Source: Coriobacteriales bacterium
GTDB lineage: Bacteria; Actinomycetota; Coriobacteriia; Coriobacteriales; QAMH01
Direction of reading: 5' to 3'
NCBI GenBank assembly: GCA_051876075.1
Contig: JBJEHM010000059.1
Span: forward strand, 1 to 55,048
Length of the DNA stretch: 55,048 nt
Position 1 is the stretch's first letter. Each line of letters begins with the position of its first letter. Of this stretch, positions 10,324-19,639 are shown piece after piece. The translations under genes were made by a program, and so were the position numbers. The notes under the pieces were generated by a model, which did no database searches, was not told where the DNA came from, and was given only the letters and a program-made list of their open reading frames with translations.

Positions 10324-11319
10324 ATGTCTTACAAGGTTGCAGTGCTCATGGGCGGCAAGTCTCACGAGAGGGATTTCTCTCTGAGCAGCGGCAAGAACGT
10401 CTGCGCCGCTTTGGAGCGGGCAGGGCACGAGGTGCTGCCCCTGGACGTGACGGAGGACCTGGTCAACGTGCTGAGGGCCGAGCGCCCGCAAGTTGCCTAC
10501 AACGCCCTGCATGGCAGGATCGGGGACGACGGCACCATCCAGGCGCTCATGGGCGTGCTGGGCATCCCCCTGGTGGGCTGCCCCACTTCCGTGTGCCGGC
10601 AGACCTGGAACAAGTCGACGCTCCATGCCGTGCTCGAGGACTACTACGCGGGTCAGGAAGGCTCTGCCTGCGGGATCAACGGCGTGTGCCTGAGCCAGGA
10701 CGCCTTCAAGGACGCCGGGGCAGCCTGCGCGCTCGACTTGGTGGTCGATGCCATCCCCGGGGGCTTTCCGCTGATAGTCAAGCCCGCCAAGGCGGGCAGC
10801 GCCATGGGCATGAGCAAGGTGCAGAACGTAACCGAGTTGGCAGAGGCCCTGCTCAAGGCGTTCACCTTCAGCGACGAGGTCTTGGTGCAGGAATACGTCG
10901 AGGGCGTTCAGGTGGCGGTTTCTGTCCTGGGAGAAGCAGAGAGCTCCTATGCCCTGCCCCCTGTGGAGATAGCTCCCAAGCCCGGCTGCATGTACGACAC
11001 GGAGGCACGCATCAACGACGAGCTCGTCGACTTCTACGCTCCGGTGAGGCTCGAGAGTCTGAGCCAGGACGAAGCGCAGGCCCAGGCTATCCGCAGCGAG
11101 ATAGAGCGCGCCGCCGTGGAGGTCTACCAGGCATACGGATGCCGCGACCTCGCCCGTGTCGACATCATCTGGGACGGTGCGCGCGCCAAGATCCTGGAGA
11201 TCGACGTCAGCCCCGGCATGGGGCCTCTGAGCGGCTTTCCCATGGCATGCCGGGCTGCCGGCCTGAGCCTTGAGGCCGTCCTCAACGAACTGCTTGACCA
11301 GGCTGTGTACCGAGGCTAG
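10324..11319 (+). CDS. D-alanine--D-alanine ligase-like ATP-grasp protein (atypical)
   Basis: VAVLMGGKSHER..SL.SG, LHGRIGDDGTIQ, PLIVKP..GSAMG, EYVEG, RVD, EIDVSPGM. Confidence 0.8.
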   Translation: MSYKVAVLMGGKSHERDFSLSSGKNVCAALERAGHEVLPLDVTEDLVNVLRAERPQVAYNALHGRIGDDGTIQALMGVLGIPLVGCPTSVCRQTWNKSTLHAVLEDYYAGQEGSACGINGVCLSQDAFKDAGAACALDLVVDAIPGGFPLIVKPAKAGSAMGMSKVQNVTELAEALLKAFTFSDEVLVQEYVEGVQVAVSVLGEAESSYALPPVEIAPKPGCMYDTEARINDELVDFYAPVRLESLSQDEAQAQAIRSEIERAAVEVYQAYGCRDLARVDIIWDGARAKILEIDVSPGMGPLSGFPMACRAAGLSLEAVLNELLDQAVYRG

Positions 11320-11327
11320 GAGCAACG

Positions 11328-11753
11328 ATGTACGGATTGAAGACAGAGAGCTGCTTTGATGCAGCGCACTTCCTCAGCGATTACGACGGCAAGTGCGAAA
11401 ACCTCCACGGCCACCGCTGGAGGGTGGTCGCCTACCTGCGCGTTGCGCAGCTGCAGGAGGAGGGCCAGAACAAGGACATGGTCATTGACTTCGCGGACTT
11501 CAAGCACGCGCTGCGCCAGCTGACAGAGGCGTGGGACCACAGCTTCATCGTGGAGGAGGGCAGCCTCGCCCCCCAGACGGTGGCGTGCCTGGAGGCGGAG
11601 AGCTTCCGCCTCTCGTTCGTGCCGTTCCGCACCACTGCAGAGAACTTTGCGCGCCATTTTGCCAGCAAGCTCGCCGAGCAGGGGCTCCCCGTTGCCCAGG
11701 TGGACGTGTACGAGACCCCCAACAACTGCGCCAGCTACCTGGTGGAGGCATAG
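11328..11753 (+). CDS. queD: 6-carboxy-5,6,7,8-tetrahydropterin synthase
   Basis: FDAAHFL, CENLHGHRW, IDF, DH, TTAEN, ETP motifs; queE/C/F follow. Confidence 0.92.
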   Translation: MYGLKTESCFDAAHFLSDYDGKCENLHGHRWRVVAYLRVAQLQEEGQNKDMVIDFADFKHALRQLTEAWDHSFIVEEGSLAPQTVACLEAESFRLSFVPFRTTAENFARHFASKLAEQGLPVAQVDVYETPNNCASYLVEA

Positions 11754-11758
11754 GGGAG

Positions 11759-12457
11759 ATGGTGAGCGCGGCTTGCGCAGGCGCCATGCCGGTGGCGGAG
11801 CGCTTTGTGAGCATCAACGGGGAAGGCCCCCGCGCGGGACGCTTTGCAGCCTTTGTGCGCTTTGCCGGCTGCAACCTCGCTTGCTCGTACTGCGACACCC
11901 GCTGGGCCTGCGAGCCCGGGTGCCAGGTGGAGTGGATGGAGCCGGAGCAGATCGCCCGGTGGGTCACGGCTCAAGGGACCCCGTGCGTCACCCTGACCGG
12001 CGGGGAACCCCTCCTGCAACCGCTCCTCCCGGAGCTTGCGCGCATCCTGCTGCAGCAGAGCGCGTGCACGATCGAGATCGAGACCAACGGCGCTTGCAGC
12101 GCAGAACCCCTTGCTGCCCTGAGATGTGCCTACCCGGGCAGGCTCGCCCTCACGCTCGACTGCAAGCTGCCCTCGAGCAAGATGGCAGGGCGCATGCTCG
12201 AGGAGAACTACGGGCTTCTCGAGGAGTGCGACTGCGTCAAGTTCGTGGCGGGCAGTGGGGAAGACCTCAGGGCGGCGGCGCATGTGATTCGCGCTCACCG
12301 CCTGCTGCAGCGCTGCCCCGTGTATGTGAGCCCGGTGTTCGGGCAGATCGAGCCGGCTGCCATCGTGGAGTTCTTGCAGGGAGAGGGGCTCTTGGAGGCC
12401 CGTGTCCAGCTGCAGCTCCACAAGCTGATATGGCCCGGTGTGGAGAAAGGTGTGTGA
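11759..12457 (+). CDS. queE: 7-carboxy-7-deazaguanine synthase (radical SAM)
   Basis: F.SINGEG, RFAGCNLACSYCDT (CxxxCxxC), TGGEP, ETNG, QLHK. Confidence 0.92.
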   Translation: MVSAACAGAMPVAERFVSINGEGPRAGRFAAFVRFAGCNLACSYCDTRWACEPGCQVEWMEPEQIARWVTAQGTPCVTLTGGEPLLQPLLPELARILLQQSACTIEIETNGACSAEPLAALRCAYPGRLALTLDCKLPSSKMAGRMLEENYGLLEECDCVKFVAGSGEDLRAAAHVIRAHRLLQRCPVYVSPVFGQIEPAAIVEFLQGEGLLEARVQLQLHKLIWPGVEKGV

Positions 12458-12460
12458 CCC

Positions 12461-13159
12461 ATGGAAACAGCCAAGGGTTCCAAGGCATTGGTCCTGTGCA
12501 GCGGAGGCGTCGACTCCTCGACGCTGCTCGCTATGGCGGTGGAAGAGTATGGTGCGAACAACGTCGTGGCCCTCTCTGTTGCGTACGGCCAAAAGCACGT
12601 GAGGGAGCTGGAGAGCGCCAGGGCCGTTGCCGCATACTACGGCGTCGAGCAGCGCTTCTTGGACTTGGCCGCGATATTCGCCGAAAGCGATTGCTCGCTG
12701 CTTGCGCACTCCGCCCAAGACGTTCCGCAGGAGAGCTATGCCGAGCAGCTCGAAGAGGCCGGCGGCGAGCCCGTGAGCACCTACGTCCCCTTCCGCAACG
12801 GGCTCTTCCTTGCGAGTGCGGCGAGCATGGCGCTGAGCCTTGGCTGCAGCGTGATGTACTACGGCGCCCACCACGACGACTGGGCCGGCAACGCCTACCC
12901 GGACTGCTCGCTCGAGTTCGTGAGGGCGATGGCCGATGCCATCGAGCAGGGCACGGGCGGGCAGCTGCGCATGGAGGCCCCCTTCGTCATGTTGAACAAG
13001 GCGCAGATCGTGGCCCGCGGCCTGGAGCTGGGCGTGCCCTACGAGCTCACCTGGAGCTGCTACGAGGGCGGCGAGAGGCCCTGCGGCGTGTGCGGGACCT
13101 GCCGCGACCGCATCGCAGCCTTCGAGGCAAACGGCACGAGCGACCCGCTGATGCGCTAG
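12461..13159 (+). CDS. queC: 7-cyano-7-deazaguanine synthase
   Basis: [36 protein letters not shown]. Confidence 0.95.
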   Translation: METAKGSKALVLCSGGVDSSTLLAMAVEEYGANNVVALSVAYGQKHVRELESARAVAAYYGVEQRFLDLAAIFAESDCSLLAHSAQDVPQESYAEQLEEAGGEPVSTYVPFRNGLFLASAASMALSLGCSVMYYGAHHDDWAGNAYPDCSLEFVRAMADAIEQGTGGQLRMEAPFVMLNKAQIVARGLELGVPYELTWSCYEGGERPCGVCGTCRDRIAAFEANGTSDPLMR

Positions 13160-13214
13160 AGTGTGTCGCGGCCGCACCGCCTTGCGCAGCGCGGCATGCG
13201 AGAGAGGAGAGACC

Positions 13215-13706
13215 ATGGAGCAGACGCGCGCAGACGAGGGCCTGACCCTCTTGGGAAGCCAGGGTACCCGCTATCCCCAGGACTACGACCCCAGCGTGCT
13301 CGAGACCTTCGAGAACAAGCACCAGGACAACGACTACTTTGTCAAGTTCAACTGCCCGGAGTTCACCAGCCTGTGTCCCATCACCGGCCAGCCTGACTTT
13401 GCCACCATCTACATCTCGTACGTGCCGGATGTCCGCATGGTGGAAAGCAAGAGCCTCAAGCTCTATCTCTTCAGCTATCGCAACCACGGGGACTTCCACG
13501 AGGATTGCATGAACAAGATCATGAAGGACCTCATCGCCCTGATGGACCCCAAGTACATCGAGGTCTGGGGCAAGTTCACTCCCCGCGGGGGCATCTCCAT
13601 CGACCCGTATTGCAACTACGGCAGGCCCGGCACGCGCTGGGAGGAAGTTGCCTGGACGCGCCTGGCAAACCACGATCTCTACCCGGAGAAGGTCGACAAC
13701 CGCTGA
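13215..13706 (+). CDS. queF: NADPH-dependent preQ0 reductase, unimodular type I
   Basis: [35 protein letters not shown]. Confidence 0.96.
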   Translation: MEQTRADEGLTLLGSQGTRYPQDYDPSVLETFENKHQDNDYFVKFNCPEFTSLCPITGQPDFATIYISYVPDVRMVESKSLKLYLFSYRNHGDFHEDCMNKIMKDLIALMDPKYIEVWGKFTPRGGISIDPYCNYGRPGTRWEEVAWTRLANHDLYPEKVDNR

Positions 13707-13877
13707 GACATGAGGGTCCGAGGAGTGTCTTTAGCCCCCGGTTAATCCGAGCAGCGCAATAATCCCAGCAATCATCCGCGCTTTCCGATATAGTAGGGAG
13801 GCTTATTGTCTTTGGGGCCTATTCCCCAAAAGACGGGCTTTGGATGAAGCCCAGCACGCCATACGTTAGGAGTACCA

Positions 13878-14474
13878 ATGTCTGCACCCTCCCTCGACTA
13901 CGCCGAGGTTCTCGACTACTTCATCGCTTCGGACATGGCCAAGTCCAAGAAGCTCGCCGCCAAGGCATCAAAGCAGTTCGTCTCTGAGCTGGGCCTCGCC
14001 CCTCGCAACATGACCGAGGAGCAAACCCAGGCCTTCTTCCTGGAGTGGTTCCTCTTCGATTACGAGTACGAGCCCGGCATGACGCTTGCTCGCTCCTATG
14101 CGGAGAACCCCCCGGCCGGCGCCGATCCCGCCAAGGTGGCGGAGCTCAAGCAGGTGGTGGACACCCAGTTCTGCGCCATCTTCTGGGTCGAGGGCGTTGC
14201 CCCGCTGCTCAACATCACCACGCTCGAGGAGGCGGAGAGCGGCGAGCGCTTTGCCGTCCACAACCCCGGCTTGGCTCATTCGGTGGTTCCCGGTGCCAAG
14301 GGCGCCCTGGGCTGCCGCATCTGCCAGATCGACGGCGAGTGGTACCTGCCTGGAGAACCCGTCTTCTACTTCCTGGTCGAGCCCACCCAGCAGCTCAAGG
14401 ACAGTCTGCACCTCCCCGAGGCGAGCCGCCCCTCCTTCACCAACCTCATCGTCCAGCACTTTGGCAGGGCCTAG
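13878..14474 (+). CDS. Hypothetical protein
   Basis: 198 aa, AGGAG RBS, host-like codon usage, own TATAGT -10 and downstream terminator; F.EWFLFDY motif. Confidence 0.75.
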   Translation: MSAPSLDYAEVLDYFIASDMAKSKKLAAKASKQFVSELGLAPRNMTEEQTQAFFLEWFLFDYEYEPGMTLARSYAENPPAGADPAKVAELKQVVDTQFCAIFWVEGVAPLLNITTLEEAESGERFAVHNPGLAHSVVPGAKGALGCRICQIDGEWYLPGEPVFYFLVEPTQQLKDSLHLPEASRPSFTNLIVQHFGRA

Positions 14475-14501
14475 CCCCGCTTTGGCAAACGGCATGTCTT
14501 T

Positions 14502-14530
14502 GCGGGTCTGCCCAGGCAGGCCCGCTTTTT
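14502..14530 (+). terminator. Intrinsic terminator
   Basis: GCGGGTCTGCC-ca-GGCAGGCCCGC followed by TTTTT. Confidence 0.7.
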
Positions 14531-14659
14531 CGGTGCGCAAGTGACAGCTTTGCGTCAAGTGTGTCAGGCGGGTGTCGAGAACGTGGTTTTTCGTCATCGC
14601 ACCGCCCTGGGATGGTAGGCTGAACGCAGCAGGTTACACGCTATGGAAAGGTGACCGTC

Positions 14660-15136
14660 ATGGGCAAGTTCAGGTTCGTTCTCGGCGCTGCAGCAGGTGC
14701 TGCGGCAGCCCTCCTCTTCGCACCCCGCTCCGGCAAGGAAACCCGCAGGCTGCTTGCCGAGAAGGTCGAGGATGTTGCGGATGCAGCTCCCGAGCCCATC
14801 CGCTCTGTAGCCGAGCCGGTAATCGACGCAGCGGCCAGCGCCTACGGCAAGGCTTCCGCGCACGTCGAACAGTCCCCTGCGGCAGATGACATCAAGGCAA
14901 AGATCGCCGAGGCACGAGACGCCCTGGCCGAGCAGATCACCCGCAACCACGTGTCTGCCACCACGGTCGAGGCAGACGTGACAGACATCCCCGTCGAGGA
15001 CATGATCGACAAGGCAGCAGAGCCTGAAGACGGCGCGGGTGAAGAGCCTGTCGAGGAGCCCCAGGAGGCAATCGAGGAACCCGAGCCTGCCCAGGCAGAA
15101 GAACAGCCCGCGCAAACCGTCAACTGGTACAAGTAG
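14660..15136 (+). CDS. YtxH domain-containing protein
   Basis: F..GAAAGAAAALLFAPRSGKETR YtxH signature; acidic low-complexity tail. Confidence 0.85.
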   Translation: MGKFRFVLGAAAGAAAALLFAPRSGKETRRLLAEKVEDVADAAPEPIRSVAEPVIDAAASAYGKASAHVEQSPAADDIKAKIAEARDALAEQITRNHVSATTVEADVTDIPVEDMIDKAAEPEDGAGEEPVEEPQEAIEEPEPAQAEEQPAQTVNWYK

Positions 15137-15163
15137 CGCTGGCTGGCGCCGAACATGGCAAGA

Positions 15164-15201
15164 GGGGCGGGGGCGCTTGCAGATAGGCGCCCCCGCTTTT
15201 G
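15164..15201 (+). terminator. Intrinsic terminator after ytxH-like gene
   Basis: GCGGGGGCGC...GCGCCCCCGC followed by TTTT. Confidence 0.65.
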
Positions 15202-15233
15202 CTGAGAGCTTGCATCCCGCGCAAGGAGGACAG

Positions 15234-16226
15234 ATGCTGGAAACCAAGAATCTCCACAAGCTCAAGGTGTATGTGAGCACCAAGAAGGGCAAGGTCAAGA
15301 AATACGGCAAGGTGCACTGCCTTGTCTTCCACCCCTCCAAGCCCAAGGCCGTTGGCCTCATGGTCAAACGGCCGGACGCAGCGATGATGGTGCAGCGCAA
15401 GGACCGCTTTGTGAGCCTTGACAAGGTTGGCTTCACAGACGAGGGCGACATCCTCGTCGAGCTCGAGGACCGCGACGCATGGGACCGCGACGCTGCCAAG
15501 CGCTTGGCTGTCGATCTCGACCTCTGCATCATCTGGGACGGCATGCCTGTTCGCAACCTCCAGGGCCTCGAGCTGGGAATCATCTCCAACATCGTCTTGG
15601 GCAACGACCTCCGCATCCAGTCGATCGACATTTCCTCCGGCGACGTCAACAGGCTCATCCTGGGCTCGGCCGACATCTCCATCGACAAGCTGCGCGGCTA
15701 TGACCCAAACCAGCAGGCGATCATCGCGGACGTTCAGCCAGCAGACATCGAGGTGTCGGGCGGTGTCGCCGCCAAGGCCGGAGAAGCCTGGGCCAAGGGC
15801 ACGCACAAGGTGAGCCAGGGTCAGGAGGCGGTGAGCGCACGCGCTGCAGAGAACATCGAGGACACCGCCTATGCCGCCGGTGAGGCTATCGGCTCCATCA
15901 AGGAGAAGGCAAGCGCCAAGGCAGAGGAGCTGCACCTCAAGGAGAAGGGCTCAGAGCTGAGCTCCAAGGCTGGGGAGGCCATCAACACCGGTGCCTACAA
16001 GCTCGGCCAGGCAATCGGCTCGCTCAGGGACAAGGGTGGGGAGGACGAGCCCTCCGTCCCGTCTGCCGCTGCAGGTGACGCCGCCGCAGGGGGCTCCAAG
16101 CCCGCCTCCGAAAACGAAGAGGACTCCGTCGTCGACTCCGCCGCCCGCGCTCTGGGTAGCCAGCTGCGCAAGACCAAGGGCATGTTCAGCGCCTTCAAAG
16201 AAGAGTTCGACAAGGCTTCCAAGTAA
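15234..16226 (+). CDS. PRC-barrel domain protein with Ala/Lys/Glu-rich C-terminal repeats
   Basis: Two PRC-barrel-like segments (GKVHCLVFHP; GMPVRNLQGLELGIISNIV); AAGGAGG RBS. Confidence 0.65.
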   Translation: MLETKNLHKLKVYVSTKKGKVKKYGKVHCLVFHPSKPKAVGLMVKRPDAAMMVQRKDRFVSLDKVGFTDEGDILVELEDRDAWDRDAAKRLAVDLDLCIIWDGMPVRNLQGLELGIISNIVLGNDLRIQSIDISSGDVNRLILGSADISIDKLRGYDPNQQAIIADVQPADIEVSGGVAAKAGEAWAKGTHKVSQGQEAVSARAAENIEDTAYAAGEAIGSIKEKASAKAEELHLKEKGSELSSKAGEAINTGAYKLGQAIGSLRDKGGEDEPSVPSAAAGDAAAGGSKPASENEEDSVVDSAARALGSQLRKTKGMFSAFKEEFDKASK

Positions 16227-18172
16227 TGCCCAGGCGCAGCAAACCCCGCAACAACAAGGGCCGCGGCCACTCGAGCCGCCTGCAGGGCAACTGTCCCTTG
16301 GGCGTCATCGATATTTCCCGCGAGGGCTACGGCTTTGTCGAAACCGAGGAGGGCGTCTTCTACGTACCCGCCAACCGGTTGGGCGGTGCGATGAACGGGG
16401 ACACCGTGGAGGTGCGCCCCCGCAGCTCGAAGCACGCGGCTGGTCACCGGCGCGAGGCCGTGGTGGTCCGCGTGCACAGGCGCGCGGTTGAGTATGTGGT
16501 GGGAACGGTGGAGGTCTGCGATCCTCTGGCGGCCGTGGTGCCCCAAGACCCCCGCATTCGGCATGACGTCTTCATCGACTTGCGGCAGGCGCCCTCTGTG
16601 AGCAATGGCGACGTGGTGCTTGCGCGCATCACCGGTTATCCCAGCAGGAACGCCGCTGCGACCGGCTACATCGTCGAGGTCCTCGGCAGCGCAGACCAGC
16701 CGGGTATCGACATCGACGCCATCGTCCACGAGCACGGTCTCTCCACGGAGTTCTCTCCCCAGGCACTCGAGCAGGCACGCTCGCTTGATGCCGCCATCCC
16801 CGCCGCCTTGGAGGAAAGCTCGCGCCATGACCTGCGTTCACGCGAGGTCTTCACCATCGACCCAGAGGATGCGCGCGACTTTGACGACGCCATCAGCATC
16901 GACGAAGTCGGCGGCCTGACGCGCCTCGGCGTGCACATCGCCGATGTCTCGAGCTACGTGGAGTGGGACAGCAGCATCGACATCTGCGCCCGCGACCGCT
17001 CCACCAGCGTGTATCTGGTCGACCGCGTGCTCCCCATGCTGCCCGAGGAGCTGAGCTGCGACATCTGCAGCCTGCGCCCCGGTGTCGAGCGCCGAGCCCT
17101 CACATGCGACATGCACTTCGATGCAGGCGGGGTCCTGCGCCGCTACCAGATCTTCCCCAGCGTGATACGCAGCCGAAGGCGCTTCACCTACGCCCAGGCC
17201 CAAGAGGTTCTCGATGCCGTCGAGGAGGGAGCGTGCCCCGCAGAGCTGCCAGAGCCTCTGGCCGGCAAGCTCTGGGAGCTGCACAGGCTTGCGCTCAAGC
17301 TCTTGTCCCTGCGAGAGCAGCGCGGCTCCCTCGACTTTGACAACCCGGAGGCAAAGCCGGTGCTCGACGAGGAGGGCGCGCCCCTGCGCATCGACCTGAG
17401 GGTGAAAAGCGATGCCACCTCGATGATCGAGGAGGCTATGATCGCCGCCAACGAGTGCGTGGCCGGGCACCTGCGCAGAAAGCAGCTCCCTTGCGTCTAC
17501 CGCATCCACGAAAGCCCGCGCCCAAAGGCGCTTGAAAACCTGGTGCCCGTGCTCAAGGAGCTGGGCTATAGCACGGCGGGGCTTGCCGCCGGGGAGCCAG
17601 CCGCCTACCAGCGCCTGCTCGCAGAGGCCCGCCTGCGCCCAGAGGGCGAGCTGGTGGACAGCATGGTCTTGAGGAGCATGGAGCGCGCTCGCTACAGCGT
17701 GCAGCCGCTGCCGCACTTTGGGCTCGCCAGCAGCTGCTACTGCCACTTCACCAGCCCTATCAGGAGGTATCCCGACCTCATGGTCCACCGTCTGCTCAAG
17801 GATCCCAGCGCCATGGAGGGCCAGCTCGAGTGGCTTGCAGAGCATGCCAGCAAGATGGAGCGCACTGCCGAGCAAGCCGAGCGCGACAGCGTCAACCTCA
17901 AGATCTGCCAGTTCATGGCAGGGAAGGTGGGGGAGCGCTTTGAGGCGACCATCGCAGCGGTCCACTCGTACGGCTTCATGGTGAGGCTCGACAACACGGC
18001 CGAGGGCTTTGTGCGCTTTGACCCCGTCCGTCACGAGTACTGCCAGTTCGATCCAAAGCTCCAAACGCTCATGGGCGAGGAGACAGGGCGCACCTACCGC
18101 TTGGGGCAACGCGTCAAGGTGACCTTGGTCAACGTCGACCTCCGCGACCAGAGCATGGACTTTGCGCTGTGA
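16226..18172 (+). CDS. rnr: Ribonuclease R (RNB family)
   Basis: GYGFV cold-shock domain, FTIDPEDARDFDDA, HIADVS, IEEAMIAAN, HFTSPIRRYPDL, C-terminal S1; TAATG overlap with upstream gene. Confidence 0.9.
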   Translation: MPRRSKPRNNKGRGHSSRLQGNCPLGVIDISREGYGFVETEEGVFYVPANRLGGAMNGDTVEVRPRSSKHAAGHRREAVVVRVHRRAVEYVVGTVEVCDPLAAVVPQDPRIRHDVFIDLRQAPSVSNGDVVLARITGYPSRNAAATGYIVEVLGSADQPGIDIDAIVHEHGLSTEFSPQALEQARSLDAAIPAALEESSRHDLRSREVFTIDPEDARDFDDAISIDEVGGLTRLGVHIADVSSYVEWDSSIDICARDRSTSVYLVDRVLPMLPEELSCDICSLRPGVERRALTCDMHFDAGGVLRRYQIFPSVIRSRRRFTYAQAQEVLDAVEEGACPAELPEPLAGKLWELHRLALKLLSLREQRGSLDFDNPEAKPVLDEEGAPLRIDLRVKSDATSMIEEAMIAANECVAGHLRRKQLPCVYRIHESPRPKALENLVPVLKELGYSTAGLAAGEPAAYQRLLAEARLRPEGELVDSMVLRSMERARYSVQPLPHFGLASSCYCHFTSPIRRYPDLMVHRLLKDPSAMEGQLEWLAEHASKMERTAEQAERDSVNLKICQFMAGKVGERFEATIAAVHSYGFMVRLDNTAEGFVRFDPVRHEYCQFDPKLQTLMGEETGRTYRLGQRVKVTLVNVDLRDQSMDFAL

Positions 18173-18283
18173 CCGTGGCTGCCTTCCTTGCGCATGTTGT
18201 GGAGGAATCCCGCATGCAGCAGCCGAGGTGCTACCCTATCAGGGTTGTTTGAACAAAAAGAAAGCGAAGGAAGCGCTCCGAGC

Positions 18284-19543
18284 ATGAACCTGAACCCTGC
18301 GATAGTCATTCCCACCTACTGGTGCAGCCGCCGAGGAGCCGGCAGCTCTGCAGGCAGCCCCGTGTACGACTACGTCACGCCCATCGACCAACCCGGCAAC
18401 CTCGCTCGCTGCCTCGACTCGCTCCAGCGCATCGAGGGCCTGGGGAGGGTCATCGTGCTGGTTGCCGCAGAACCTGGCATAGAGAACCAAGCGGCAGAGA
18501 AGGTGCGCGAGATTCTGGCCCGCTACCCGAACATGGACCTCGCGCTGGTGGCTGCCCCCGAGCAGCGCCACATCCACCGCCGCATGGAGCAGATCGGCAT
18601 GGGGGCCCTGGCAAGCTGCGCGTGCCTTGCGGGGTACGGGGCCGTCAAGAACCTGGGCATCCTGTCTGCGTCCGTCTTCGGGCACGACACCGTCGTCTTC
18701 CTCGACGACGACGTCATCGTCGACAGGCCGGACTTCCTCGAGCGCGCGCTCTACGGCATCGGAGCACAGACCCCCTCTGGGGGCATAGTCACCGCAAAGA
18801 CCGGGTACTACTACGACGCCGCCGGGCAGAGGCTTCCCCAGCAGGACGAGCGCTGGTACCGCAGGGGATGGTCCAAGGCCCGCGACCTCAGCGCCTACCT
18901 CAAACCCGCCTTGGAGGGTCCGCGCCTCTCAAGGGCGAACACGGCTGTGAGCAGCTGCATGGTGCTGCATGCAGAGACCTTTGGCAGCGTGAGCTTCGAC
19001 CCGTGGATCACGAGGGGGGAGGACCTGGACTACGTCCTCAGCTGCCGCATGTACCACCAGGACATCTGGCTCGACAACAAGCTCGGAGTCCAGCGCATGC
19101 CGCGCGAGCGCCGCGACACTGCTGCAAACTTCGAGCAGGATGTGGTGCGCTGGTTCTACCAGAGCCGCAAGGTGGAGTTTGCCAAGGCGCAGATCGACCT
19201 CATGCGCGTTGAGCCGCACACCATGGAGCCCTATCCTGGCAAGTGGCTCACCCACAAGGTCGACCGCCAGGCCCTGCTCACCGCATTGGCAAGCGCTGTG
19301 GGGGCACCCGAGCACGGGGAGTACCTGCGCATCGCGTTTTCCGGGCGCAAGGCTGCTTCTGAATACGCCCGCGACAACTGCAGCCGCTACTTCGAGTTCC
19401 AGCGCCAGTGGCCCACGCTGGTGCGCGGCCTGTGGAACTGCACCCCGCTGGCAACGCAGCTTTCCGGCGCCCGCCAGGTGGGCAGCGTCAACCCGTCCTT
19501 CACGGGGCGCTTCAGCGCGGTGACTGCAGAGACCGCGCAGTAG
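18284..19543 (+). CDS. Putative GT-A fold glycosyltransferase
   Basis: IVIPTY...LARCLDSL, VFLDDDV (DxD), FDPWITRGEDLD. Confidence 0.7.
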   Translation: MNLNPAIVIPTYWCSRRGAGSSAGSPVYDYVTPIDQPGNLARCLDSLQRIEGLGRVIVLVAAEPGIENQAAEKVREILARYPNMDLALVAAPEQRHIHRRMEQIGMGALASCACLAGYGAVKNLGILSASVFGHDTVVFLDDDVIVDRPDFLERALYGIGAQTPSGGIVTAKTGYYYDAAGQRLPQQDERWYRRGWSKARDLSAYLKPALEGPRLSRANTAVSSCMVLHAETFGSVSFDPWITRGEDLDYVLSCRMYHQDIWLDNKLGVQRMPRERRDTAANFEQDVVRWFYQSRKVEFAKAQIDLMRVEPHTMEPYPGKWLTHKVDRQALLTALASAVGAPEHGEYLRIAFSGRKAASEYARDNCSRYFEFQRQWPTLVRGLWNCTPLATQLSGARQVGSVNPSFTGRFSAVTAETAQ

Positions 19544-19639
19544 CGCGCGCTGGCCCAGGGGGAGTACACTGCACGGAGCGAGGCGCACGCCCCGCTCCTT
19601 TCTTTGTTGCCAAAAGCCCTTGCGAGGGGAGGAGCCACC

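Noticed and set aside
11328-13706. que genes as a 7-deazaguanine DNA-modification (dpd) system
   Set aside because: No dpdA/tgt-like, helicase or nuclease gene nearby, and QueF points to tRNA queuosine.
14542-14577. TGAC-n8-GTCA palindrome and GTGTC repeat upstream of ytxH
   Set aside because: Too short to distinguish from chance without comparative data.
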